Assembly: GCA_963674965.2 (NCBI GenBank)
Contig: CAXXFL010000007.1
Location: 832,001-896,000 of the forward strand
Length of the DNA: 64,000 nucleotides
Reading direction: 5' to 3'
Origin: a bacterium
GTDB taxonomy: Bacteria; RBG-13-61-14; DATKZS01
The first letter of the stretch is position 1. Each line of letters begins with the position of its first letter. Shown here piece by piece: positions 39,628 to 49,057 of this stretch. A model generated the notes under the pieces. That model was not told the DNA's origin, did not search any database, and was given only the letters and a program-made list of their open reading frames with translations. The position numbers and the translations under genes were made by a program.

Positions 39628-39642
39628 TGGCACGGCCCTTGC
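39628..39642 (+). promoter_or_regulatory. Sigma-54 (-24/-12) promoter
   Basis: TGGCAC-GGCCC-TTGC is an exact consensus match, 37 nt before the ATG and its AAGGAGG RBS. Confidence 0.85.
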
Positions 39643-39679
39643 CATTAATCTAGCCGGCTGGTTAAGGAGGCATATCTTC

Positions 39680-40060
39680 ATGAATCGCGGAATTAAAATA
39701 CTTCTGGCCGACAGGAACGGTAACGTGAGGACGTTTTTAAAAAGGTTTTTCCAGGATGAAGGCTACGAGGTGGAGGACGCCGGAAGCGCCGACGAGTTGC
39801 TTCGTCTCATCGAGGACGACGAGGTCTTCTATTTCTTGCTGATGGATATCGACCTTCCCACCATGGATGGAATCAACCTTCTCGGCAACCTGAAAAACCG
39901 GATTCCCCAAATCCCCGTCGTCATCCACTCGAGTCATACCGAGCTCAAGGGCCATCCGGACCTCGCCTACGCCAAGGACTTTATCGAAAAGGGAGAAGAC
40001 CTAGCGCTTCTCAAGGAAAGGGTAATGGAACTGGTCGAGCGGGAACTGCTCGGCCGGTAA
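39680..40060 (+). CDS. Stand-alone receiver domain protein
   Basis: ILLADRN (atypical acidic pocket), LLMD..LP..DG, IPVVIHS, EK. Confidence 0.8.
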   Translation: MNRGIKILLADRNGNVRTFLKRFFQDEGYEVEDAGSADELLRLIEDDEVFYFLLMDIDLPTMDGINLLGNLKNRIPQIPVVIHSSHTELKGHPDLAYAKDFIEKGEDLALLKERVMELVERELLGR

Positions 40061-40089
40061 GTCAAATCGTTACGAAAAGGAGGGAGAAA

Positions 40090-40344
40090 ATGAACCCGAC
40101 GCGTCCTCTCGATGAAACGGCCCGCCTTTGGAAATCCATGTGGGAGGCTTCCATACAAAACGCCCGGCTTATCCAGGACGGGAGCTTCAACGCCCTGAAC
40201 CTGATCCTGGAAAGCAACAACGCCCTCATGGAGCGGGCCGTCCAATTCGTCGGCGAATGGAACAAGCAGACCCGGGAGGTGCACGCGGCGCTGTGGAGAA
40301 ACTTCCAGGACAAATTAAAAGAAGAAGGCCGGGTCGAGAAGTAA
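40090..40344 (+). CDS. Phasin-like protein, paralogue of 57368-57631
   Basis: 84 aa, helical, with AGGAGG RBS. Aligns without gaps to the small ORF heading the PHA cluster (16 identities in 76 positions by eye). Confidence 0.6.
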   Translation: MNPTRPLDETARLWKSMWEASIQNARLIQDGSFNALNLILESNNALMERAVQFVGEWNKQTREVHAALWRNFQDKLKEEGRVEK

Positions 40345-40381
40345 GCGGCCCATAAAAAGGAAGCGAGGAAAATACCGTCCC

Positions 40382-42079
40382 ATGCAAGCGGAAAAAACAA
40401 AGTCCCCGGCCAAGGGCGCCGGGCTCGAGCAATCCCGGGAATACTTTACCAAGCTCAAGCTCCTGTTGAAGGTGGGGCTGCTTGTGGCCTTTCTTACACC
40501 TTTGTCGATCCTGTCGGTTTATTTCCATTTCCAGTTCAACGTGAGCCTCAAGGAAAGCGGCAAGCTCCACCTGGCGGCCCTGGCCCAAAGCCAGAGGAAC
40601 ACGGTGGACCTGTTTCTTCAGGAGCGGGTGCTTAATATCTTCAGCGTTTTCCAGAGCTCGGAGTTCAACCTCGCGCCCTCCGAGCTGGACATGCAGCATT
40701 ACCTCCAGAACTTAAGGCAGGCGAGCGACGCCTTCATCGACGTGGGCTTCTTCGACCAGGAGGGAGTGCAAATAGGCTACGCCGGCCCCTACCCTTACCT
40801 GCACGGCCGGGATTACAGCGACGAGGACTGGTTCAGGTCCCTCATCGACCTCGAGCGGAACTATTACATCAGCGACATCTACCTGGGCTTTCGCAACAAG
40901 CCCCACTTCACCATCGCCGTCAAGCAGCTCATCGACGGGAAATACTACGTGGTGAGGGCCACCTTGGACCCGGACAAGTTCTATCTTTTCCTGCGCGGCA
41001 TCTCGAGGGGCAAGGGGGTCGACTCGGCCCTCGTCAACAGCGAGGGCAAATACCAGGTGGTGGACCCCGACCGGGGCCAGCTGTTCGGGCCCAGCGACTA
41101 CGCGCCCACCGAGGCCAAGGAATCGGGCGTCAAGGAAATAGAGATTAACGGAAGTTCCGTCCTCGTTTCCTATTACCGCCTCAGCGAGGTCCCCTGGACC
41201 CTGGTGGTAAGGGAACCCCTGCGCGTGGCCTACGCCGAGATGTACAGGACCAGAAGGATCATTATCATCGTCACGGGAGTCATCATCCTGGCCACGATCG
41301 CCGCCATCTGGCTCATAGTGGACAACCTCATCAACCGGGCCGAGGCCACGGAGGAATCCCGGGCCGAGCTGAAATACCAGCTCATCCACGCCTCGAAGCT
41401 CGCGTCGGTGGGCGAGCTGGCGGCGGGGGTGGCCCACGAGATCAACAACCCGCTCGCCATTATCGTTTCCGAGTCGGGGGTGATCCGGGACATGCTCGAC
41501 CCGGAGTTCGGCCTGGACAGCTCGCCGGAGTCCATCAGGGCCGAGCTGGACGAGATCGACACGGCCGTCTTCCGGGCCCGGGGCATTACCCAGAAGCTTC
41601 TTAACTTCGCCCGCAAGCACGAGCCCCGCCTGGTGCCCTGCGATATCAACAAAATTCTGGACAACGTGGTGGGTGGCCTGAAGGAAAGGGAGTTCCTGGT
41701 CTCGGACATCGAGCTCGAGAAGAACTACGCTCGGGACCTTCCTCTTGTCTCGCTCGATCCCGACCAGATAGCGCAGGTCTTCTTGAACCTTATAAACAAC
41801 GCGCAGGACGCCATCGTGGGGGAGGGAAAAATCACGCTTTCGACCTCCCTCGACGACGGCCGCGTGTACGTTACCGTGGCGGACACGGGAGCCGGCATGA
41901 CTCCCGAGCAGATGGGAAAAATATTCCTTCCCTTCTTCACCACGAAGGAGGTCGGAAAGGGAACGGGTCTGGGCTTAAGCGTGAGCCTCAGCATAGTCGA
42001 GTCAATGGGGGGAACGATCGAGGTCCAGAGCCTGCCCGGCTCGGGCAGTTCCTTCACGGTCGTCCTCCCCGCGGGTTAG
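40382..42079 (+). CDS. Cache-type sensor histidine kinase
   Basis: TM-sensor-TM with YAGPY, WF, SDIYLGFR.KPHF. Kinase core AHEINNP, NLINNA, PFFTTK, GTGLGL. Confidence 0.92.
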   Translation: MQAEKTKSPAKGAGLEQSREYFTKLKLLLKVGLLVAFLTPLSILSVYFHFQFNVSLKESGKLHLAALAQSQRNTVDLFLQERVLNIFSVFQSSEFNLAPSELDMQHYLQNLRQASDAFIDVGFFDQEGVQIGYAGPYPYLHGRDYSDEDWFRSLIDLERNYYISDIYLGFRNKPHFTIAVKQLIDGKYYVVRATLDPDKFYLFLRGISRGKGVDSALVNSEGKYQVVDPDRGQLFGPSDYAPTEAKESGVKEIEINGSSVLVSYYRLSEVPWTLVVREPLRVAYAEMYRTRRIIIIVTGVIILATIAAIWLIVDNLINRAEATEESRAELKYQLIHASKLASVGELAAGVAHEINNPLAIIVSESGVIRDMLDPEFGLDSSPESIRAELDEIDTAVFRARGITQKLLNFARKHEPRLVPCDINKILDNVVGGLKEREFLVSDIELEKNYARDLPLVSLDPDQIAQVFLNLINNAQDAIVGEGKITLSTSLDDGRVYVTVADTGAGMTPEQMGKIFLPFFTTKEVGKGTGLGLSVSLSIVESMGGTIEVQSLPGSGSSFTVVLPAG

Positions 42080-42095
42080 TCAGGAGAAGTATGAA

Positions 42096-44156
42096 ATGGA
42101 AACGACCGAGACGGTAAAGGGAAACGGAACGAAGCTTTTAATGGTCGACGATGAGGACCAGTTCAGGAAGGCCCTGGTCAAGCAGTTGTCGGTGCGCGGC
42201 TACAGGATCATGGACGTGGCCAGCGGCGAGGACGCGATCAAGATGGTGCGCCACGAGAACCCCGAGGTGGTCATTCTCGACCAGAAGATGCCCGGCATGG
42301 ACGGCATCCAGACCCTGAAGGAAATAAAAAAGATCAGCCCCGAGGTGCAGGTGATCATGCTCACCGGCCACGGCAGCACCGAGAGCGCCCGCCTGACGGG
42401 CAAGCACGACGTGTTCTATTACCTCGAGAAGCCCTGCGGCCTGGACGAGCTTATCGGGGTCATCGAGGCGGCCAAACAGGAGCGCGTTTACGCCATGGCC
42501 AGGAATGAAATCCCCGAGGTCAAGAAATCCAGCCTCAAGACCTGGCTGATAGGGGCCCATAACGCCCGTCCCGGTCTCATCCTGCTGGGCGTGATCCTTT
42601 TCACCGCCATTACCCTAATGCCCGTGCCGGACGGACTCACGAGGTTTCTTACGACGGAAAAGACGGGACAGGCGGGCGAACCCATAGCCGGATACTCGAG
42701 CTACAGAAAGATGAAGCCGGGCCAGACCATACCCGTCTACTATTCCGAGTCCGTTGGCGTTTACAACAAAACCAAGGCCCCAGACGGGACCGCGAAGAAA
42801 ACGCCCCTTACGCCCGCGCAGACCGCCTTCCGGGCCAAGGTCATGGTGGGCATACTGGTGGCGGCGGCCCTTTTCTGGGCCACCGGGGCCATGCCCGTCG
42901 GCATGACCGCCCTCCTGGTGGGGGCGCTGATGTACTTCTTCGGCGTGCTTCCGCCCGAGGAGGTGGCCAAGTCCTACGCCAAGGACTCGGTCATCTTCAT
43001 CTTCGGCGTGCTGGCCATGTCCGTGGCCATCAGCAAAACCGGACTCGACCGGCGGATCGGCATAGTGCTTCTCGGGACCAGCACCTCCCTCGCCAAGTTC
43101 TGCTTTATCTTCGCTCCTTTATTGGCCGTCACCGCGTCTTTCCTTTCCGAGCACGCCCTGGTCGCCTTCCTGGCCCCGATACTGATGCTCGTTTATATGG
43201 CCGCCATCAAGAACTCGAGCCTGAAACAGGACCGGGCCCTGGTGGTGATGCTTATGCTCATGCTCACCTTCTGCGCCAACATCGGGGGACCGGGATCGCC
43301 GGCGGCGGGGGGAAGGAACGCGGTCATGATCGGCATACTCTCCGATTACGGACTGGCCCCCACCTTCGGGAAGTGGGTCCAGATGGGCCTGCCCTTCGTG
43401 CCCGTCATGGCCCTGGTCATAGCCGGATACTTCTACGTGGCATTTAAAGGCCGGATCAAAATCAAAAACCTCGACGTGGCCGCCGAGGTGAGAAGGGAAT
43501 CGGAGAAGATCGGAAAGATGACCCCCGACGAGTACAAGGCCGCCGGGGTATTGGTGCTGCTTATAATCTTGTGGTCGACCCTCTCCAGCAGGTTCGGCAT
43601 GGGCGGGCCGGTCATCCTCTGCCTTATCCTTCTCAACGTCATGGGCATCATGACCTGGAAGGACGTCAACTCGATCCACTGGGACGTGGTCGCCCTCTAC
43701 GCCGCCGCCAGCGCCATGGGCTACGGCCTGGCCTCCACCGGCGCGGCCCTGTGGCTGGCGGACGGACTGGTCGGTACCCTTCCCGGCTTCCTCAAGGCGG
43801 GGACCGGACTTTGCATCTCGACCAGCCTTATCACCGGCATACTCACGAACTTCATGAGCGACGGCGCCACCGTCGCCGCGGTGGGTCCAATCACCGTCCC
43901 GATGGCCACCTTGTCGGGCACGCCTCCACTCATGGTGGGCCTGGCCACGGCCTTCTCGAGTTCCTTCGCCCACATGCTGATCATCGGGACGCCCAACAAC
44001 GCCATCGTCTACAGTCTGGCCCGCGACTCGGAAACGGGCGAACAACTGGTCACCATGAAGGACTTCTTCATCCACGGCTCGGTGGTGCTGGTCCTTAGCT
44101 TCGCCGTGCTGTGGGGCTGGGTCTTCCTGGGCTACTGGAAATGGATGGGACTGTAG
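42096..44156 (+). CDS. Receiver domain fused to DASS/SLC13 family permease
   Basis: First ~130 residues are a receiver (VDDE, LDQKMPGMDG, LTGHG, EKP). The remainder is polytopic with WATGAMP, TGLDRRI, GTPNNAIV. Confidence 0.85.
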   Translation: METTETVKGNGTKLLMVDDEDQFRKALVKQLSVRGYRIMDVASGEDAIKMVRHENPEVVILDQKMPGMDGIQTLKEIKKISPEVQVIMLTGHGSTESARLTGKHDVFYYLEKPCGLDELIGVIEAAKQERVYAMARNEIPEVKKSSLKTWLIGAHNARPGLILLGVILFTAITLMPVPDGLTRFLTTEKTGQAGEPIAGYSSYRKMKPGQTIPVYYSESVGVYNKTKAPDGTAKKTPLTPAQTAFRAKVMVGILVAAALFWATGAMPVGMTALLVGALMYFFGVLPPEEVAKSYAKDSVIFIFGVLAMSVAISKTGLDRRIGIVLLGTSTSLAKFCFIFAPLLAVTASFLSEHALVAFLAPILMLVYMAAIKNSSLKQDRALVVMLMLMLTFCANIGGPGSPAAGGRNAVMIGILSDYGLAPTFGKWVQMGLPFVPVMALVIAGYFYVAFKGRIKIKNLDVAAEVRRESEKIGKMTPDEYKAAGVLVLLIILWSTLSSRFGMGGPVILCLILLNVMGIMTWKDVNSIHWDVVALYAAASAMGYGLASTGAALWLADGLVGTLPGFLKAGTGLCISTSLITGILTNFMSDGATVAAVGPITVPMATLSGTPPLMVGLATAFSSSFAHMLIIGTPNNAIVYSLARDSETGEQLVTMKDFFIHGSVVLVLSFAVLWGWVFLGYWKWMGL

Positions 44157-44184
44157 AGGCGGATGGAGAAGGGAGGAAATAGAA

Positions 44185-44406
44185 ATGAAATGCCCATTTC
44201 TGGTCGGAAAAAACACCAGGATATGCACGGCCGTCAGGATGATCATCGCCCCGTCGAACGAGGACCTTGACGCCTACTGCATGAAGGAGACCTACAAGGA
44301 CTGCCCCCTTTACGAGGCCTATATGAAAAGCGGGCACAAGCTCAACATGAGGGAGTACTGCGAGATCGACTTTCGGCACGAGAAGACGAGGCACGCGGAC
44401 TATTAG
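44185..44406 (+). CDS. Small four-cysteine protein
   Basis: MKCPFL...C.A...PS......YC.......CPLY, with a GGAGG RBS. Confidence 0.65.
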   Translation: MKCPFLVGKNTRICTAVRMIIAPSNEDLDAYCMKETYKDCPLYEAYMKSGHKLNMREYCEIDFRHEKTRHADY

Positions 44407-44499
44407 ATTAGTCGCCCTTCCCTCAGGGGAGTGGCTGGTAAGTGAAACAAGAGACTGGGCCGGGGTCCGCCTCGGGCAGTGGGAGGAAAGGACGTCCAA

Positions 44500-44985
44500 A
44501 TGGAAAAGAAAAAGATAAACCTGCTTTTAGTTGACGACGAGGAGCAGTTCCTCAAGTCCATGACCAAAAGGCTCGAGGTCAGGGACTTTAACGTCATCGC
44601 CGTGAACCGGGGGGAGAAAGCCCTCGAGGCCGCGAGGGAGAACCCGATAGACGTGGCCCTGGTGGACCTCAAGATGCCCGGCATGGACGGCGAAAAGACC
44701 CTCGAGGCCCTGAAGAAGGAGCACAAGTGGATGGAGATAATCATCCTTACGGGCCACGGCTCGGTGGACAGCGCGGTGGACCTTACCAAGAAGGGCGCCT
44801 ACTTATACCTCCAGAAGCCGTGCGAGCTCGACAAGCTGCTCGAGGCCCTGATGGAGGCCTACAAGAAAAAGGTCATGAACAAGAACCAGATTCTTGAGGA
44901 CAAGATGGACAAGCTCCTGGACATATCCCTGGGCAACTCGCCGCTGGCCATACTCGAGAAGCTAAGGGAACTGGACGCCAAATAA
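44500..44985 (+). CDS. Response regulator (receiver plus short C-terminal tail)
   Basis: LLVDDEE, VDLKMPGMDG, LTGHG, QKP. Confidence 0.9.
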   Translation: MEKKKINLLLVDDEEQFLKSMTKRLEVRDFNVIAVNRGEKALEAARENPIDVALVDLKMPGMDGEKTLEALKKEHKWMEIIILTGHGSVDSAVDLTKKGAYLYLQKPCELDKLLEALMEAYKKKVMNKNQILEDKMDKLLDISLGNSPLAILEKLRELDAK

Positions 44986-45000
44986 GGGGGTACCGGGGCC

Positions 45001-46692
45001 ATGGAACAGGATCGTTTCAAGAAAACCAGGCGCATGATACTGGTCCGAGCGCTCCTGCCGGCCTTCGCGGTGCTGATGCTGGTTTGCACGACCCTGGTCT
45101 ACTACTTCGGGATTTACTCCAGGGACAGGGTGAAGGCGGAAATGGAGACCGTCGTGAGGGGACACCTTCAGATCATCGACCGGTTCCTCGAGGAAAGGGC
45201 CGCGGATTTGAGGCTGACCTCGGCCTCCTACGACGCGGCCTATTTGAGCGAGGACAAGAACCTGGCCAGGGTCCTCAGGAACCTCCAGGCCGGGTCCAAC
45301 GCCTTCTTCGACGTGGGCGTCTTCGACAAGGACGGCAACCATCTGGCCTACGTGGGGCCCTACGACCTGGCGGGCAAGAAATACTCCGACGCCCCCTGGT
45401 GGAAGGCCGTCAAGGAAAAAGGCATCTACGTGTCCGACGTTTTCCTCGGGTTCCGCAACATTCCCCATTTCATTGTCGCCGTCCGGGGGGGGAGCCCCGA
45501 GGAGCCATGGTATTTAAGGGCCACCATAGACTCGATGGCCTTTAACGACCTGGTCGAGAGCGTCAGGATAGGGAAAACCGGCGAGGCCTACCTCGTAAGC
45601 AAGGGCGGGCTCTTCCAGACCAAGCGGCGCTCGGGCGGCAACCTCATGGACCCGGACCCCGACTTCGAGAAATACGAGTCCGGGAGCAACCGGATCGAGA
45701 CCTTTACCGCCGTGAGCGCCTCGGGCGACAAGTTCCTCTTCGCCACCGGCGAGCTTAAGATGGCCGACCTCGTCCTCGTGGTAAGGCAGGAAACCGACGA
45801 GGCCTACGCGCCCGTGGTCGGCGCCGTGACCGTAGCCTCGGCGATTATACTTGGCGGCGGCGGCCTGGTGGCGGTCCTCTCTTATATCCTGGCCTCTTAC
45901 CTGGCCGGACAGCTAAGCACGGCCGAGCGGGAAAACCGGCAAATGAGGACCCAGCTCATCATCGCCGGCAAACTGGCCGAGCTGGGAGAGATGAGCGCCG
46001 GCGTGGCCCACGAGATCAACAACCCCCTCCAGGTCATGAAGTCGGAGCACACGCTTATCAGCGACCTTTTGTCCGACGCCGAGGAGGAGGGAGGGCATAT
46101 CGACGCGGACCACCTGGCCATCATCAAGGACTCGGTGGACCAGATCGCCCTCCAGATAGACAGGTGCAAGAACATAACCCAGGGCCTTTTGAGGTTCGCC
46201 CGCAAAAGCGAGTCCTCCATGGAGGCCGTGAGCATACAGGGCTTTTTGCCCACCGTGGTGGACATGGTCGAGCATCAGGCCTTCCTTTCAAATATTAAGA
46301 TCATCCAGGAACTCGATCCCGACCTTCCCTCCGTGATGAGCGACCCCAACCAGCTTCAGCAGGTTTTTCTCAACCTCCTGAACAACGCCATCCACGCCAT
46401 CGACGGCCGTCAAAGCGGGGAGGTCCGGATACGGGCGGGCCGGGAGAACTCTCATCTCAAGATTTCCGTCACCGACAACGGCTGCGGCATAAAGCCGGAG
46501 GACATGGAAAAGATATTCCTGCCCTTCTTCACCACCAAGCCGGTCGGGCAGGGGACGGGCCTGGGTCTTTCCACCGCCTACGGGATAGTCAAGGGGCTGG
46601 GGGGAGAGATCGACGTAACCAGTGAATTGAACGCGGGAACCGTTTTCACCGTCACGCTTCCCATCGAGGCCGGCGAAAGGGCCGGCGGGTAA
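45001..46692 (+). CDS. Cache-type sensor histidine kinase
   Basis: [39 protein letters not shown]. Paralogue of 40382-42079. Confidence 0.92.
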   Translation: MEQDRFKKTRRMILVRALLPAFAVLMLVCTTLVYYFGIYSRDRVKAEMETVVRGHLQIIDRFLEERAADLRLTSASYDAAYLSEDKNLARVLRNLQAGSNAFFDVGVFDKDGNHLAYVGPYDLAGKKYSDAPWWKAVKEKGIYVSDVFLGFRNIPHFIVAVRGGSPEEPWYLRATIDSMAFNDLVESVRIGKTGEAYLVSKGGLFQTKRRSGGNLMDPDPDFEKYESGSNRIETFTAVSASGDKFLFATGELKMADLVLVVRQETDEAYAPVVGAVTVASAIILGGGGLVAVLSYILASYLAGQLSTAERENRQMRTQLIIAGKLAELGEMSAGVAHEINNPLQVMKSEHTLISDLLSDAEEEGGHIDADHLAIIKDSVDQIALQIDRCKNITQGLLRFARKSESSMEAVSIQGFLPTVVDMVEHQAFLSNIKIIQELDPDLPSVMSDPNQLQQVFLNLLNNAIHAIDGRQSGEVRIRAGRENSHLKISVTDNGCGIKPEDMEKIFLPFFTTKPVGQGTGLGLSTAYGIVKGLGGEIDVTSELNAGTVFTVTLPIEAGERAGG

Positions 46693-46714
46693 CAAACGAG
46701 GAGGTCCAAGAAAA

Positions 46715-47167
46715 ATGGATACTGTCAAGGTGCTGCTTATAGACGACGAGGAGAGGTTCCTGGCCACGACCAAGACCCTCCTGGACAAAAGAGGAGTCAA
46801 GACCTTTACCGCCTCGAACGGCGTTTTCGCCCTCAAGCTCCTGGAGGACAACGCCATCGACGTGGTGGTCCTGGACGTTAAAATGCCCGGCCTGGACGGG
46901 ATCGAGGTCCTGAGAAAAATCAAGCAAAGGTTCCCCCTCGTCGAGGTGCTTATGCTCACGGGGCACGCCTCGGTCAAGTCGGCGGTCGAGGGACTGAGGC
47001 TCGGGGCCTTCGACTACCTGGTCAAGCCCTGCGACGTCTCGGACCTCCTGGACAAGATCAACGAGGCCCACGAGAAGAGGGCCGCCGTCGAGGCCAAAAT
47101 ACAAAAGGCCAAAATCGAGGACATCATCAGCCATCCTCTCGCCGTGTTCGATAAAAAGAACAACTGA
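46715..47167 (+). CDS. Response regulator (receiver plus short tail)
   Basis: LIDDEE, LDVKMPGLDG, LTGH, GAFDYLVKP. Confidence 0.92.
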   Translation: MDTVKVLLIDDEERFLATTKTLLDKRGVKTFTASNGVFALKLLEDNAIDVVVLDVKMPGLDGIEVLRKIKQRFPLVEVLMLTGHASVKSAVEGLRLGAFDYLVKPCDVSDLLDKINEAHEKRAAVEAKIQKAKIEDIISHPLAVFDKKNN

Positions 47168-47196
47168 CCCCGGACCGAGCGGAAGGAGTAAAAAAA

Positions 47197-49044
47197 ATGA
47201 GCAGCGCGAAAAAGAAAGCGACCGGTTACGATAAGTACATCGACTGGAAGGTCTTCTTTATCCCCGTGGCCATCCTGGTGATAATGCTTGTAATGCCGCC
47301 CACCAGGGGAATGAAGGACGTGGGCACCGAGTACGCCCTGGGCGAGGTCTCCGTGGTCGATCACCTGGCCAGGAAGATATTCTCCAGGCCGTCCAACGAG
47401 CTTGACCAATGGCAGCTTCTCACGGTGAACATGATGGAGAAGTCCACCCGGGTGGGTTCCTATACCAAGGACCGTTTCCTTAAGAGGGACGCCAAGTGGT
47501 GCAAGACCCAGGGCATAAGGGTCGACTCCAAGAACCTCGAGAAGACCCTCGCCTTCGTCGAGGGCATGGACGCGGACTCCTTCAAGCTGGAGCTGGAGGA
47601 GGCCGCCAAGGTCAGGGGCCAGGTGCTGAGTTACGACGAGCTCTCCGACTCGGCCAGGGCCAAGGCCGACAAGGGAATATGGCAATTGAAGGTGGCCCTG
47701 GCCATGATGGTCTTCGTGGTCATCTGCTTCGTCACCGGCTGCATTCCTCTTCCGGCGGTGGCCTTTTGCATAGGGCTTCTGCTGGTGTTCACGGGAGTAG
47801 TGGGAAGGTCCGAGGTGGCGTCCCTTTACTGGAGCGACGCCTGCTGGTTCATCATGGGAAGCCTCATGTTCGCGGCCGCCTTCGTCAAGACGGGCGTGGA
47901 CCGGAGGATTTGCCTTTTCCTCTTCGACAAGCTGGCCAAGCCCAGCGTGGGGGCCGTCACCCTGGTGCTGATCGCGGTGATCGCGCCCCTGGCCGCCTTT
48001 ATCTCGGACCACGCCCTGGCCGCCATCTTCCTTCCCATCGCCATCATTCTCCACCGGGGAAGCCAGGTCGAGGGGAAGCCGCTGGACATGGAACTTGGCA
48101 AGATGCTGGTGATCACCGTGGCCATGGCCTGCAACATCGGCGGGTTCGGCTCCCCCAGCGGGGGCGCCAGGAACGTTATCATGATGGGCTATCTTAACGA
48201 CATGTTCGGCATGGACATAGGCTACCTTTCCTGGATCACCTACGCCTTCCCCTTCGTGCTGATCATGATGCCCCTTACCTGGCTTCTGCTGCAGATGCGC
48301 TTCAAGCCCGAGACAAGGGACCTGTCCGCCGCCATGCAGTACCTTAAAGAGGACATCCATAAAATGGGCAAATGGAGCTCCAAGCAGATCGTCGCCATCG
48401 TCATATTCGTCATCATGGTCTGGCTCTGGTTCACGGAGAAGGGCTTCTACGACCTGGGCATATACCCGGTCCGCCTCGGGATCGGCGTGGTGGCCGTGGC
48501 CGGGGCGGTGGCCTATATCCTGACGGGGGTGGTCAACTGGCGCGACTACCAGGAGCGGGTGGACTGGGGCGTGGTCTGGCTCTACGCGGGCGCCATCATC
48601 TTCGGCAAGGCGCTTGACGACACGGGCGCGGCCTACTACCTGGCGCGCACGGCGATCGACGCCCTCTCGCCCCTCGGGTTCGACAGCGGCATCCCGCTCC
48701 TGGGCGTGGCCAGCGTGCTGACGGGGCTTCTGACGCAGATCATGGCCGACGGACCGGCGGCGGCCAGCGTGGGGCCCATTACCCTGAACATGATCGGCAT
48801 CGCCCATCCCGGCTCGGCCATGCTGCCCTTCATAGCCATGGCCACGGCCTGCGCCTCCAGCTTCGCCTATTGCCTTATCATCGGGACCCCTCCCAACGCC
48901 ATCGTGTACGCCTCGGGGTACCTCGAGCCCAAGGACTACCTGAGGGTGGGAATACCTCTTTGGATCGTGGCCAACGTGGTCCTTCTTGCCCTGATCAAGC
49001 TGTTCTGGATGGTGAGGGGATTCACCGGACTGCCATTAATGTAA
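47197..49044 (+). CDS. DASS/SLC13 family permease
   Basis: Polytopic, with TGVDRRI, NIGG.GSP, VDWGVVWLYAG, GTPPNAIVY.SG.L...DYLRVG. Confidence 0.88.
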   Translation: MSSAKKKATGYDKYIDWKVFFIPVAILVIMLVMPPTRGMKDVGTEYALGEVSVVDHLARKIFSRPSNELDQWQLLTVNMMEKSTRVGSYTKDRFLKRDAKWCKTQGIRVDSKNLEKTLAFVEGMDADSFKLELEEAAKVRGQVLSYDELSDSARAKADKGIWQLKVALAMMVFVVICFVTGCIPLPAVAFCIGLLLVFTGVVGRSEVASLYWSDACWFIMGSLMFAAAFVKTGVDRRICLFLFDKLAKPSVGAVTLVLIAVIAPLAAFISDHALAAIFLPIAIILHRGSQVEGKPLDMELGKMLVITVAMACNIGGFGSPSGGARNVIMMGYLNDMFGMDIGYLSWITYAFPFVLIMMPLTWLLLQMRFKPETRDLSAAMQYLKEDIHKMGKWSSKQIVAIVIFVIMVWLWFTEKGFYDLGIYPVRLGIGVVAVAGAVAYILTGVVNWRDYQERVDWGVVWLYAGAIIFGKALDDTGAAYYLARTAIDALSPLGFDSGIPLLGVASVLTGLLTQIMADGPAAASVGPITLNMIGIAHPGSAMLPFIAMATACASSFAYCLIIGTPPNAIVYASGYLEPKDYLRVGIPLWIVANVVLLALIKLFWMVRGFTGLPLM

Positions 49045-49057
49045 AGGGGAGAACGTC

